Of a DNA stretch of 64,000 nt, positions 29,797 through 43,130 are shown in pieces. Source of the DNA: Octopus sinensis (taxonomy: Eukaryota); NCBI RefSeq assembly GCF_006345805.1, contig NC_043013.1, positions 43,400,001-43,464,000 of the forward strand, in the 5' to 3' direction. How positions within the stretch are numbered: the stretch's first letter is position 1; each line of letters opens with the position of its first letter. Made by a program: the position numbers and the translations under genes. The notes beneath the pieces were generated by a model. That model had not been told where the DNA came from, searched no databases, and saw only the letters and a program-made list of their open reading frames with translations.

Positions 29797-30229
29797 ATCC
29801 TCACAAAACCCCCTTTTCTACCACTGGCAATAGTTTTCCTGCTAGAATATCATAGAAGACCTGCAGAAGTTCAAGCTGTTCAACAACTGTTTTCATCTTA
29901 TCAGTTCCCAAGGACCAAGGAGAGGGCAGAGGGTTTTTTTGTATTGTTCCTTCCCTTTCAGACCAGATAATTTTTACTCTTTACTCTCTCCATCATAAAT
30001 GAAATGAGCCCATCTTTCAACTTCATTCCCTTATCGACCACAGTACATGACTGGTACTTTATTTTGTTGATCTGGAGGGATGAAAGCAAAGTTTATCTTG
30101 GCAGGATTTCAACTCGAAACATTGAGGAGGAAGAAACACAATAAATACCGCAAATATACTTTATTGCTTAAATATGTTGCCCTTAAAGATGGTTTTTGCT
30201 GAATATTTATATACATGGTAATTGGCACT

Positions 30230-30640
30230 TGGGGTTACCATCCATCTTCTCCACCTGCTATTCCCGGAGGGTCATGGGGGAGAGTCCTCATGTACCTTCT
30301 CCATAGGGACCTATCAGAAGCAACCATCATTACAATTTCTGACCGGATTCACAAGCACAACAACTGAGATAATATAGTTATTATCTAATCATCTCATTCT
30401 TGTTCTACCCTCAGGTCTCCTGCTTCTTGACCCAGCTCGAAGAATCTGTCTTATGATTCTTTCCTGCAACACTCTAATCATGTGTCCATTGTATCAAAGC
30501 TGTGACCTCATTTTGGCCACTTGTTATTTGCAGTTATATTCTTGCGGTCATTACCCACCATTCAGTGACCATAGGTGAGGAGAGGCACAAAATCTGAATT
30601 TAAGATAGTGAGTTTGGCTTTTTTTCTGAATACTATCATT
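30230..30640 (-). mobile_element. RTE-clade LINE remnant
   Basis: AKLTILNSDFVPLLTYGH resembles the RTE motif KL.IY..IF.P.LTYG.E. Confidence 0.5.
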
Positions 30641-31220
30641 TCTGACAATCGAAAGTACAGTAACTTAGAATGAATAAATAAAATTAATAAATACAAGGTG
30701 GCCCAAAAAGTAGGTTTACAGTTATCTCTTTTACTCTTTTACTTGTTTCAGTCATTTGACTGTGGCCATGCTGGAGCATCACCTTTAGTCGAGCAAATCG
30801 ACCCCAGGACTTATTCTTTGCAAGCCTAGTACTTATTCTATCAGTCTCTTTTGCCGAACCGTTAAGTTACAGGGACGTAAACACACCAGCATCGGTTGTC
30901 AAGCGATGTTCGGGGACAAACACAGACACACAAACATATACACACACACATAGATACATATATGCATATATACGACAGGCTTCTTTCAGTTTCCGTCTAC
31001 CAAATCCACCCACAAGGCTTTGGTCGACCCGAGGCTATAGTAGAAGACACTTGCCCAAGGTGCCATGCAGCGGGACTGAACCTAGAACCATGTGGTTGGT
31101 AAGCAAACTACTTACCACACAGCCACTCCTATGTAGAATAATTATATTTCACACTTATTCATTGCCAATTATTACCAATTAGACAAATCTTTCAGTGTAT
31201 TTCTCTACTATTGCAGTTTA

Positions 31221-31716
31221 GGTGGAATTCTGCTATAAGCATGCCATATAAACCCTCATAACTTCTTTATTTTTCGGAATTTTCAGGAAATCTTTGTAAA
31301 TTTGTATTCAGACAATAATTAAAATTTTTTTTTCTCTAATTCTTTGAAATTAAAAAAAAAGTTTCTTTTTCAATTTTTGGAATATATTTTTTTAAAATCA
31401 CAATTTAGAATAAGGATGGTCTAAATTTTTTGGCTTAAATCCAAGCAATAGCCTCTTAGAGGTGTTCATAGGGAGAAAGATATTGTAAAACATCAATATG
31501 TCAGATTGACAAACAAACAAGGAGGGTGTGAGGTGGCCGTGAGATGTGCTAAAAATAACAGCTAAATAAACCTTAAATTATGCACATAAACATTTTTTTG
31601 CATAATCATATGAATTCCTGTGTGTAGAACAGAAATTTACAAAAGTTTTCTGAAAATTCCCCAAAATACAAAAAAGTTATGAGGGGTTATGGGAAATGCT
31701 TAAAGCAGAATTCCTC
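31221..31716. mobile_element. Mutator (MULE)-type non-autonomous element
   Basis: About 90-bp imperfect TIRs (GGAATTCTGCT.TAAGCAT...CCCTCATAACTT...) and 9-bp TSD TGCAGTTTA at 31212-31220 and 31717-31725. Confidence 0.75.
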
Positions 31717-32409
31717 TGCAGTTTATTATGATTTACCAACTCTTTCACATTTTCAATACTTTGATTTCTTCAACTGGTCACATTATATTCTTCAAACAAA
31801 AGAATTCTAAAATTGTGGTTAAGCTGTTACAAAAATAAATTATTATGAAAGTATAGGCTTAGCGGTATTTCATCTGCCACTATGTTCTGAGTTCAAATTC
31901 CACCTAGGTCAACTTTGCTTTTCATCCTTTGAGTGTCAATTAAATAAGTACCAGCTATGCACTGGGGTCAATATAATCGACTTCATCTGTTTGTCTGTCC
32001 TTGTTTGTCCCCTCTGTGCGTAGCCCCTTGTGGGCAGTAGAGAAATAAGAAGTTTGCTTCCAAACCACATGGTTCTGGTTTCAGTCCCACTTTATGGCAC
32101 CTTGGGTAAGTGCCTTTTACTATTGCCTTGGGTCAAACAAAGCCATATGAGTGGAGTGGATTTGGTAAGCAAAAACTGAAAGAAGCTCATCATACACATG
32201 TATTTATAGATGTGCATGTGTGTGTTCCCTTATCACCGCTTGTCAACCATATTTGGTGTGTTTACATCCATGTAACTTAGCAGTTTGGCAAAAGTGACTG
32301 ATAGCGTAGACTCAAAAAATGTCCTGGAGTTGATTCGTTCGACTAATAATACTTTTCGACTAATAATACTGAAGCAAGAAAAAGAATGAGAAAAAAAAGG
32401 CACACTTAC

Positions 32410-32578
32410 CCATGCATGGCAACTGGACTTTGAAGTGGACAAAAATGAAATAGAAGATAAGTCCTCCGATGATTAAAAGGAAGGCGTAGAGGAAACCCAA
32501 ATCGGGATTTTGTACAATTGGTGCTACCACCAGATATACGGAGATGATGAGCATTACTATTGGTACAAGGATGAAAAC
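32410..32578 (-). CDS. isolated SLC7/b0,+AT-like penultimate exon (TM11-TM12: VFILVPIVMLIISVYLVVAPIVQNPDLGFLYAFLLIIGGLIFYFIFVHFKVQLPCM-G)
   Basis: On the - strand: ttcccctttatcttcttttaag| acceptor and G|gtaagtg donor; 169 nt open, phase 0-1; resembles the human SLC7A9 segment VP..IP....ISVFLVLAPII..P....LY....I.SGL.FYF.FVH.K. Confidence 0.88.
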
Positions 32579-32966
32579 CTTAAAAGAAGATAAAGGGGAA
32601 ATTCTTAAAATTAATCTTGGTTCATTTGAGCGCGGTCATTGCCAATGCCACTGGACAAGCTCCTGTGCTGGTGGCACATAAAAAGCACCATTTGAGCATG
32701 GCCATTGCCAGTACCGCCTTACTGGTCCTCGTGTCAGTGGCACGTAAAACCACCCACTACACTATCAGAGTGGTTGGCATTAGGAAGGGCATCCAGCTGT
32801 AGAAACTCTCCCAGATCAGATTGGAGTTTGGTGCAGCCATCTGGTTCGCCAGACCTCAGTCAAATCGTCCAACCCATGCTAGCATGGAAAGCGGACGTTA
32901 AACGATGATGATGATGATGATAATGTTTCATTGAAAACAAAAGGGATTATCAATCAAAATGTTTAA

Positions 32967-33192
32967 CACTTTAGCATTCAGATTTTTCTGCCAAACGTAA
33001 TTCTTATTCATTCAAATTGTTTTGAATTAATTATGAATTATCTTGTAGCTTTGAGATTTTGATGATGTGATTGTTTATTTTTGGAATGACATTGTTGGAC
33101 AGGTGTGAGAAGCCAGATCTGGTTGGTTTGAGCATAAAACAAGATATTTGGTCTGGATATGTCCGGATATGACCGGTTTAAATGCCAAAGGG
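32967..33192. mobile_element. piggyBac-type MITE
   Basis: TTAA|CACTTTAGCATT ... AATGCCAAAGGG|TTAA; a further end fragment of the family lies near 29683-29702. Confidence 0.8.
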
Positions 33193-34356
33193 TTAATAAG
33201 GATTGTAATCTCTTTATCTTTTATCTTGTACTTGTTTCAGTGATTAGATTGTGGCCATGCTGGGGCACGGTATCGAAAAACTTTAGGTTCATGACTCAAC
33301 CCCACTACTTATTTTTTAAAGCCTGGTACATATTCTTTCAGTCACTTTTGCCAAACCAATGAGTAACAGGGATGTAAACACACCAACACTGGTTGTCAAG
33401 TGTGTGTGTGTGTGTCTTTGTGTCTGAATTTGTTGGTGTTTATATTCCCATAACTTAACAGTTCAGCAAAAGAAATTGATAAAATAAGTATCAGGCTTAA
33501 AAAGAAGTACTGTGGTTGGTACATTCGACTAAAAATTCTTCAAGGCAGTGCTCCAGCATGGCCACAGTCTAATCAGGGAAACCAATAAAAAAAAAAAGAA
33601 AATAGATAAAAAGATGTCTAACACGTGTTCTGAAAATGCAATCTATAAACAGAAAAGCAACGACACACAGGGACACAGCTTGCTTACCGTTGCTCCATCG
33701 GTTATGACGGTGAGTGTTCCAGTTGATCAAATCAATGGAAGAGGCTGCACGTGAAATTGCACGTGCAAGTGGATGAGTACTCCACAGACATGCGTACCCT
33801 TAACGTAGTTCTCAGAGAAAACTTGTTTATTGTTGTTTTTATTTTATGACTGACCATAACATTTAACTTCCATGCTTAACTAATGAGGTTTATTCATATT
33901 TTCGACATCAGAAATATATATTGTAAAGGTAAATCTGGGGCTTAGGTGAGAATTAGCCCTTAGCTAACATTAACCTTTAGCCAAAGGTAGCAAGATGGTA
34001 GAATCGTTGGATCGTTGAAAAAAAAAGTGCCTTGTGTATTCGTTCCAACTCTTTACGTTCTAAGTTCAAATCCTACGGAAGTCACCTTTAACTCCTCCGA
34101 AGCCAATAAAATAAAGCACCAGTCAAGTACTAAGTTCGAGGGTATCACCTGCTTACCTTTCCATCAAAATTGCTGGCCTTGTGCCTAAATCAGAAACTGT
34201 GATGAGTATGTAAGGGACATAACTCCGAGTGTTTTGTTTTCGTTTTCGTTTTTTCTGTGGTAAGCGTCATTTACTACTTTTCATCTTTGCTGATTTAAAA
34301 AATAATTATTAAAGAAATTGTTATATTTTGGGATGGTCATTTATTTATTCATTTAG

Positions 34357-34399
<43 letters not shown>

Positions 34400-34875
34400 C
34401 TTATTTATTTGCCAAAGAAACCCAAGCACTACATATTCGTTCTTCACTTGTTTATTGTTGTTTTTATTTAATGTCTATTGTCTGGGAATCTTTCATCACA
34501 CACCTTTCCGAACAATGGACATAAAACAAGAACAATAAAAAAAACTACCTATCCCGAAATATAACAATATCTCTTTCAACTCACGATTTCACATCGTGTG
34601 AAGGAAGTGTTTGCGACAAAATACCTAATTACCTCCCTTTAAATAAATTCGGTGCTTTAAAGAAAAACCAAATAACTTTAGTTTTCAAACTCACAGTGTT
34701 CGATAAATTAAGTACCAGCTAAATATTTTTGTAAATATAATCGAAAAGTCCTTCATGAAAATTTATAAAAAGCTATCATAAATATTATTATGAAGTTGAA
34801 ACTTGTCAATGTTTCCGACAAAAAAAAGTATAGTGAAATTAAGCAGAAAGCTTACGGTCAACGGGAGATAATTCC

Positions 34876-35292
34876 TTATTTCTTTACTACCCACAAGGAG
34901 CTAAACACAGAGGGGAAAAACAAGGACAGACAAACGGGTTAAGTCGATTACATCGACTCCAGTGTGTAACTGGTACTTAATTTATTGACCCCGAAAGTAT
35001 GAAAGGCAAAGTCTACCTCGGCGGAATTTGAACTTTAAACGTAACGGCAGACAAAATACCTATTTCTTTACTACTCACAAGGGGCTAAACACAGAGGGGA
35101 CAAACAAGGACAGACAAACGGATTAAGTCGATTATATCGACCCAGTGCGTAACTGGTACTTTATTTATTGACCCCGAAAGGATGAAAGGCAAAGTCGACC
35201 TCGGCGGAATTTGAACTCAGAACGTAACGGCGGACGAAATACGGCTACGCATTTCGCCCGGCGTGCTAACGTTTCTGCCAGCTCGCCGCCTT
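34876..35292 (-). mobile_element. dimeric SINE-B (also 4171-4560, about 19997-20400, 50390-50740, 51730-52020)
   Basis: Full unit plus head-truncated unit joined at the same junction, gaaatac(c/a)tatttcttta on the + strand. Confidence 0.85.
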
Positions 35293-35934
35293 AGGGGAGA
35301 TAATTCCTATTAACAAGCTGGCAAAATATGCGAAGCTGGCATATTATGAAATTTATTTAGTTGTTTGGAAAACGATTGACTTTAACGAGAAGAAGAATAT
35401 GGATAGAAGAATGTTACCAGACACTCACACTAAAGTTTCGACGTCAAACAGCTGACTTGGAAGAAACCTACAAGATTATCCACCATTTTTCCAAAAACTA
35501 ATTTGGCCATTCTCTTTTTTATTTCAATAATCTCTACTAACTGACCATTCTTATAAAATTAAAAAGACTACATAGGAACCTTCGACTCCCGCAAACATTT
35601 TATCACACTCAGAATTGTCGAAACATGAAATAAACTACCTGGGCCAGGACAATGCATCTTTCCAAAAATCCATGCTTCCTGGAAATTGTGAACACTACAC
35701 CTGACATACCTGTACACACTTTCCGATTTACGGCTCCTTTGTTTGTTTCAGTCATTAGATTGCGGCCATGCAGGGGCATTACCTTGAATTTTTAGTGGAA
35801 TTTGTCGATCTCAGTACTTATTTATTTGTCTTTTTTCTTCTTTTTTTCTCACCCTGGTACTTTTCTCTGTCGTTCTATTTATCGAACTGCTATGTTATGG
35901 GGACGTAAACATATCAACACCGGTTCCTAACAGT

Positions 35935-35977
<43 letters not shown>

Positions 35978-36309
35978 TATACACACACACACACACAATG
36001 GGTTTCTATAAGTTTTCGTCTACCAAATCCACTCACACTGGAGGCGCGTGGCTTAGTTGTTAGGGTGTCAGCATCATGATCGTAAGAGTGTGGTTTCGAT
36101 TCCAGGACTGGGCGATATGTTGTGTTCTTGAGCAAACCACTTCATTTCACGTTGCTCCAGTCTACTCAGCTGGCAAAAATGAGTAACGCTGCGATGGACT
36201 AGCGTCCAGCTGGAGAACACGTACGCCATTGAAACCGCGAAACCGGGCCCATGAGCCTGGCTAGGCTTTAAAAGGGCGCATTTATCATTATTTATTTATA
36301 AGTCCACTC

Positions 36310-36650
36310 ACAAGGCTTTTCTCGCCAAAAACAACGTTGTATCGATTCCGTTCCCGCTCTAACCGCCAGATTTAACACCCATGGTTTTCCACCTCTTCCC
36401 CGAGATGAAAATGCTGCTCGAAGGTCGCTGTTCTAACACCGTTGTCGAAATCCAAAGTGAATCGCAGAAGGTCCTCGACTCACTTACAGAAAACAATTTC
36501 CAAGTCGGACTCCAAAATGGCAGGAACTCTAGGACCGGTGTATCACTGCGCATGGTGTATATGTCGAAGAAGATGGCGTTAAAACTTAGGTAAATAAGGT
36601 ATTTTTAAATAAACATAACTAGTCCGGATACCTTTTGATCCCACCTTATA
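36310..36650 (+). mobile_element. mariner 3' remnant with right TIR
   Basis: FHLFPEMKMLLEGR...VEIQSESQKVLDSL resembles a mariner C-terminus; ends ccggataccttttgatcccacctt followed by ata. Confidence 0.7.
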
Positions 36651-36793
36651 TGAGTGTGTTTATGCGGATTAATGGTTAAGGTGTTGTACTCGTCCCCACA
36701 AGACAGTGGTTTCGGTTCCTTGTTCAAGTCTGGATACCTTTTGGTCCCACCTTGTATGCGTGTGAGTGTGTGTGTGTGTTTGTGTGTGTGTGT

Positions 36794-36832
<39 letters not shown>

Positions 36833-37129
36833 GTGTGTATGTGTGTGTGTGTGTGTGTGCGCGTGTGTGTGTGTGTGTGCGTGTGTGTGTGTGTGTGGAT
36901 TAATGGTTAGAGTGTTGTACTCGTCCCCATAAGACAGTGGTTTCGGTTCCTTGTTCAAGCGATGTGTTGTGTTCTACTGAAAGGGAGTATCAAGGAGAAA
37001 GTAGCGCAAGGAAAACAAAAGAATAATAATAATGAATGTTTATATGTTGGTGTATGTGAGATGTATAAAAAAATAAATGAAAATCAAGAAAAAATATTTA
37101 AAATAATGAATAAATGGAAGGTGTCACTG

Positions 37130-38420
37130 GAAGGAGAGTAACGTGCTTAGTCTAAATGGAGTTTGGGTTTGGAGAGTGAAAATATAGCGTTGTTCAAGGC
37201 GAAGTCTGCTGTTGGTAAACCCTTAGTGTAAGGCCAAGCCAAAGAGAATAAATTGTATGTTCGACTGGACGGCAGAGCAAAAATGACGGACGTCGGAGGT
37301 ATCTTTTAGCAGACGGATATATCGTAAGTGTCCTGTGAATCGGCCTGCTAGCCGACGGCCCGTCTAACCAAAATATAGACGGCTGCAAAGAGTACTTCGG
37401 ATACAGTATACGAGGTTAGACGAAGTGCAGAAAAAGGTATGCTGGTTAGATCCAGTGAAGGAGGTGATTTTGGTGATGAACGGACAGATGTGACATTGAG
37501 GTCTGGAGCAAGGGAAGGATCCAGAATGGGTGGTAATGGAGGAAAGAGTTACGGACCCGTAGGTCGCGTAGGTTGCGGGCGCGGTTGAAGGAGGGCAAGG
37601 GTGGTTTGGGAAAAACAAGGAGGGTGGTGGTGGGATCTAGCTGGAAACGACGGAAGGCCCGTAGGATCTTCCGACGAGAAGGTATGGTGGGGGTCGAAAA
37701 GGAGAGAAAGGGGATACGGTTGGGAGACTTGTGTGGGGAAGGAAAGAGGGCTGTGGTGCGATCGAATAAGGGCGGTTTGGACAAGAGCGGAGAAGTATCC
37801 ACGACACATAAACAAGAGGGCCAGGTATTGAGACTGCGTTTCCAGTGCCTAGTCGCGGTTGTACAAACGTCGAAGACGGAAGAATTGGGAGTAGGAAATG
37901 GCCCGTTTGGTGTGGGAAGAGTGAGAAGAAGAAAAGCTGAAGCAGAGGTTTGAGTCAATGAGTTTGAAGAAGGCGGAGTAGGTGAGAGAGTGAGTAAGGG
38001 GATTGATAGAGAGATATCGCAGAAGTGTCAGAGATGAGAGAAGTTAATTCAAATGAAGAATGAAAGTCAGAGACGAAAGAGATAATGTTGGTGAGCTACT
38101 TGAGAGAGAGAGGGAAGTAGCGCTAATGTAGTCGTCTATATAGTGACCGTATAGTTCTGGGGTTGGTCAAGAGATATGTGAGAAGATTGGGTCTCGACCT
38201 AATCCGTTAAATAAGTTGGCAAACTTGTGGTCCATTCTTGTGCCCATAGCGACGTCAGAAACCTGCTGCTAAATCTCGCTTGCGAATGTGAAACAGCTGT
38301 TAGGACGAGTTCTGCGAGGCGGAGAAGTGTGAATGTGGTGGGTGTGGGGACGGTACGACGGTCAAGGAAGTACTGTAGGGCTAAGAAGCCGTCGTTGTAG
38401 GGGATGACAATGTATAATGA
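37130..38420 (-). mobile_element. Penelope-like retroelement remnant (RT + GIY-YIG)
   Basis: RT fragments GFLALQYFLDRR...LLRLAELVLT, VAMGTRM, YIDD; then NRARNLRD, GSFPCSRPQCHICPFI, CTSSNLVYCIRSTLCSRLYFG (GIY-YIG endonuclease). Confidence 0.85.
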
Positions 38421-38783
38421 TTAATATATATACCCATTTATTCTTTTACTAGTTTCAGTCATTTGACTGCGGCTATGCTGGAGCACCGCCACGAATGGTT
38501 TTAGTCGAACAAATCAACCCCGGGACTTTTTAAAACGTAGTACTTATTCCATCGGTTTCTTTTGCCGACCACTAAGTCACAAGGAAGTAAACACAAACAC
38601 ACACATACGTATACATATATATGATGGTCTTCTTTCAGTTTCCGTCTACAAAATCCACTCACAAAGCTTTGGTGGGCCCGAAGCTCTAGTAGAAGGCACC
38701 TGACAAAGGTGTCACGCAGTTGGACTGAACCAGAACCATGTGGTTGGAAAGCAAATTTTCTTACAACAGCCACGCCTGCGCCT

Positions 38784-38877
<94 letters not shown>

Positions 38878-38898
38878 ATATTATATATATATATATAT

Positions 38899-40542
38899 TA
38901 GGGCTCGCAAAAAAACAATAATTCCCCAATCCGAGTTTAAGTATAAGTAATTCTCAAAACTGGTTAAAAACCGGTTTTCGCGGATTTAGAGCGGTATCCC
39001 TGTAACGAAGAAGTTTGTCGTATATTGTTTATCGTATATTGTTTATATATATCTACACATAAAAGAGAGAAAGTAACAGGTTAACTGATATCCACAAATA
39101 TGTTGATGGTGCCTGTATCTGTATCTATGTACAAACAATAACAAAAAATAATGGTATTATATTTATTTAATCAGGAATGCAACGTTTTTCCAAGTCGTTG
39201 TATTTTTGAGAATCAATCAAGTTTCTTGATTTGCTTGATGATTCACTTTCCTTCGAAAATAATCTTTTAAAAAACACAATGCAAACTTGTCCTAATTTTT
39301 GTGTTGAAAAGTCCAGTGATTGAAAAAGCTTTTTCCGACTGGACACTAGTTGCTTTAGTTGTAAGCAATGCTCTATAAATTTTATCGAGCTTTTCACTTC
39401 TGCTCGAAGTTGCTTCAAAATGTTCGAATTCTTTAGAGATTTCAAATCCATCTGTTACTATCTTGGGCTCTTTATTAATTTTCTTCATTGCGTTTGTGTA
39501 TTCACGAATGAGTCCATTACCTTCGTAAGTAGATGGGACAACAGTAACACTTGTTTTCAGGTTCCCTCCTATTTCATTTTCTTTGTATAATTCTGTTGTG
39601 TTCTCAGTGTCATGTTCAGGAAATAATCCCCTATATGCTTGTTCAGCATACTTCCTTAATTGTTGTTTTGTTTAAAAAAGCAAAGGTCCAGAAATTAATT
39701 CACCTTTAAACTTCCTTGAGTTATGTAAATACCTCAAGAGAGTCAAGGTTTCGACATTTCTTCTCTTATTATATCTATGCATAAGTCTTTCACGAAGATT
39801 TAGAGCCAAAGGGTTGCCGACGATATTAAGTTTATTCAATAAAAATTCTATAGAATATTCCGCTTTCAGTAAATCCGTATTATCAGCACACATAGCCTTC
39901 AAAATAAATTCTACTGGATGCAGAATTTCATATAGTAAATCGAGAGATTTCCATTCTTCGTCAGTTACGGTATCTGTGGAAAGTACTGCCCGGAGAGCAT
40001 TTGGAATGCAGCTTTTCAATTTCAAAAATCTCTCAATCATATGGAATGTGCTATTCCACCTAGTTTATATTCTCTGTTATCAAAGTTCGCTCGTACAAAA
40101 TCTTGCAAAATTGCATTTTTTGTTGGAGATTTACGGAAAAGTTTTGAAATTTTTCTTACCTTATTTAAAACTTTGTTAAATTCAGGTTTTAGCTGGGGAA
40201 AACCGGCATTTTCCTGAACCAAATCTGTTTGAAAAAGTATGTCTTGTTGGCTTATGTCAGTTTCATCATCACTATTGTCTGTTATAGCGATCTCTTCGCA
40301 TTTTTTTATCTGTCTCATCGGTTGAGGCAATATTTTCAATATCTTAATAGAGAATTTGATAGAGAATGTCGATCACAGACAGATGTATGCAATGTGTGGG
40401 ACATTGTTGGTGATCAGATCTTATTTCTTCTCTGAATTTCACCATCATAGAAGCACTGTCGTACAGCCAACAATGTGTATATCCAAATCCAATCCAATTT
40501 CACGAAGATGTCCTCTCACAAATCGCTCTGTTTCGAAGCCTA

Positions 40543-40543
<1 letters not shown>
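38899..40543 (-). mobile_element. hAT (Ac/ZBED-like) transposase pseudogene
   Basis: Fragments HIVGCTT(DG lost)ASMMVKF, CPTHCIHL (CxxH motif), RWNST.MIERFLKLK, and ATSVQSEKAFS dimerisation domain; TAGGGCTCG end at 38899; (TA)n on both flanks; N-terminus missing. Confidence 0.85.
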
Positions 40544-40623
<80 letters not shown>

Positions 40624-40831
40624 ATATATGTATATATATATATATATGTATATATATATACGTATACGTACTTACATGTATATGTATATACATAAGCATT
40701 TGTGGGCACAGATGCCACAAAAAGTGAACAATAAAAATACAAAGTACGAGGACATGAATATGACATTTGTTGCGAACAAAAAAAAAACAAATGGAAAACA
40801 AGGCAAACAACACAAAGAAGACCCTTTATCT

Positions 40832-41442
40832 TTTAAAATGAGGATGATAAATTTTATATTAATTTAATTAACATCAATTTCACATCAGCTGTCTAGCATA
40901 TAAAAATCTGAAGATTCAGTAAATTGTATTATATACATATGAGAGGGATGACCACTATGTGGACAACCCTTATGCTAGAAGTAAATCCGTTATGGTCTTA
41001 CCACTAAGAGATGTTCTCAAGAAAAATTTAGCAAACACCAGAAGGTAATCGAGCAAGACAAAAGAAAAGCAACAAAAATATGGATTATTCACATACGTTT
41101 CACTATTAACATATTACTTAATTTTACTTACGCAATTTGTCGGTAGATCTTCGGTGTGACCGTCCAAAACAAGTATAATTTGCAGAACTATATACTAGAA
41201 CGTCCGCACAAAGTCGGATCTGTATATAGTTCTACCTATTACACTTGTGGTGACTATTCAAATGTCTTCGTTTTGGCGTGCTAAATTTACCGGGAAAATA
41301 ATACTGCAGAAAATAATTTACTACAGTGGCTTTTGCTGGTTAGAGAACGTATTAATTTAAATTTAAATTTAAAATGAGGGTGATAAATTTGATATTAATT
41401 TAATTAACATCAATTTCACGCCAGTGGTCTAGCATATAAAAA
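40832..41442. repeat. 611-bp element bounded by 75-bp direct repeats; partial second copy at about 56744-57060
   Basis: 40832-40906 vs 41368-41442 differ at 6 of 75 positions; 56744-56960 is collinear with the left repeat plus the internal region. Confidence 0.7.
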
Positions 41443-41453
41443 TATATACATGC

Positions 41454-41516
<63 letters not shown>

Positions 41517-41517
41517 A

Positions 41518-41550
<33 letters not shown>

Positions 41551-41633
41551 ATGTGTGTGTGTGTGTGTGTGTGTCTGTGTCTGTGTGTGTGTCTGTGTGT
41601 GTCTGTGTGTATAAATATATATATATATAAAAA

Positions 41634-41865
41634 AGGCGGCGAAATGGCAGAAACGTTAGCACGCCGGGCGAAATGCGTAGCCGTATTTCGTCTGCTGTTA
41701 CGTTCTGAGTTCAAATTCCGCCGAGGTCGTCTTTGCCTTTCATCCTTTCGGGGTCGATAAATTAAGTACCAGTTACACACTGGGGTCGATATAATCGACT
41801 TAATCCGTTTGTCTGTCCTTGTTTGTCCCCTCTGTGTTTAGCCCCTTGTGCGTAGTAAAGAAATG
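41634..41865 (+). mobile_element. about 235-bp SINE, family B monomer (others near 2270-2500-, 9700-9910+, 31860-32050+, 52231-52452+, 60680-60876-)
   Basis: GGCGGCGAGCTGGCAGAAACG...GAGTTCAAATTCC head; two alternative 3' tails; many copies. Confidence 0.9.
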
Positions 41866-42494
41866 TATATATATAAAAAAATACAAAATGGGACAAGAAC
41901 GCAAAACACTCAAATAAACGACACAAAAAACGGACGGGTCATTCGAAGCCTCTAATCTTCAGTCAAGAACCGGATCATCCTCGCAATTTCGGCTGATTAA
42001 TCTTGAGATCGCTCCAATCCGGCCAGCCCCAAGGAAAAACTAAGCTACGAGCATTAGATTTCTTGGAAAAAGGATCGAATGTATACGAAACAAGGACAGA
42101 AAAACGGACAATGCCACACGAATATAAATGCAAAAAACAATAATAGTAATAACAGGACAAAGACAGCGTGTGTCTTACGACTTTAGACAGTTCAACTTAG
42201 CTTAGCTGGCGTATTTGGAAAAAAATGCCTTTACGGCAGACGAAGAAATCGATGTTGTCGTGGCGGTGGTCAGAAGCCGAAAGGCTAGTTGACCGGCGGT
42301 CATGTGAGAGGAGAAGAGAGAGAGGAAAAAAGGGGCAAAGGAACAAAGAGAGAGAGAAAAAAGAGGGACAAAGGCACCAAAGGGGGGGGAGAAGAGAGAG
42401 AAAGACGGAATTAAAGAGGGGAGAAAAAAGAGAGCGTGCCAAGGATTGGCTTGACGACAGAATCAGTGAGGTGCAAAGTGAGAAAGACAGAGAA

Positions 42495-42529
<35 letters not shown>

Positions 42530-42577
42530 AATATTAAAGGAAATAGAGAAATACAATTGACATATTAAAAATTTATT

Positions 42578-42616
<39 letters not shown>

Positions 42617-42671
42617 TTTTTTTTTCAAAATAATTTTCAAAATTTCTGATCTAAGCGTCTTAATATGTTTT

Positions 42672-43130
42672 CAGCGGTGCAGAATTTACAATGTAATTAA
42701 TCTTTTTCATTCCAGGTGCCATTATATTAAACATTTGCGAAGAGTAACCATGCCACGCACAAAAAATTCAGCAGAAATGTCAGATTTTCGAAGAGGTCGT
42801 ATTGTTGGGCAATCTGTAGCTGGTCTTAGCCAGCGAAAAATTGCCGAAAATCTTCAAATTCCTCTTGCTACTGTTAATAGAATTATAGTGCAATTCAAAA
42901 ACCAAGGAAAAGAATCGACAAATTCTCGTCGCGGCCGACCTGGCCCCCTCAGAAAGGAAGCTTCGCTGTTTGAAGAGAATTGTGGAAAACGAACCCCGTT
43001 CGAAGGCTTCTGATATTGCAAAACGGCTAGAAGTTAGTCCAAGAACGTGTGTTACATATCTGCATAAGCTTGGGTATTATGGACGAGCAGCTAGAAGAAA
43101 ACCTATCTTTCAACCAATTAATATCAAATA
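42672..43130 (+). mobile_element. Tc1-like transposon 5' remnant (paired HTH region)
   Basis: [20 protein letters not shown]...[20 protein letters not shown]...RRGRP, then after a frameshift LHKLGYYGRAARRKP. Confidence 0.8.

Noticed and set aside
31790-31850. - strand acceptor ttatttttgtaacag near the orphan exon
   Set aside because: Joining in phase 1 gives an immediate TAA and no SLC7-like C-terminus.
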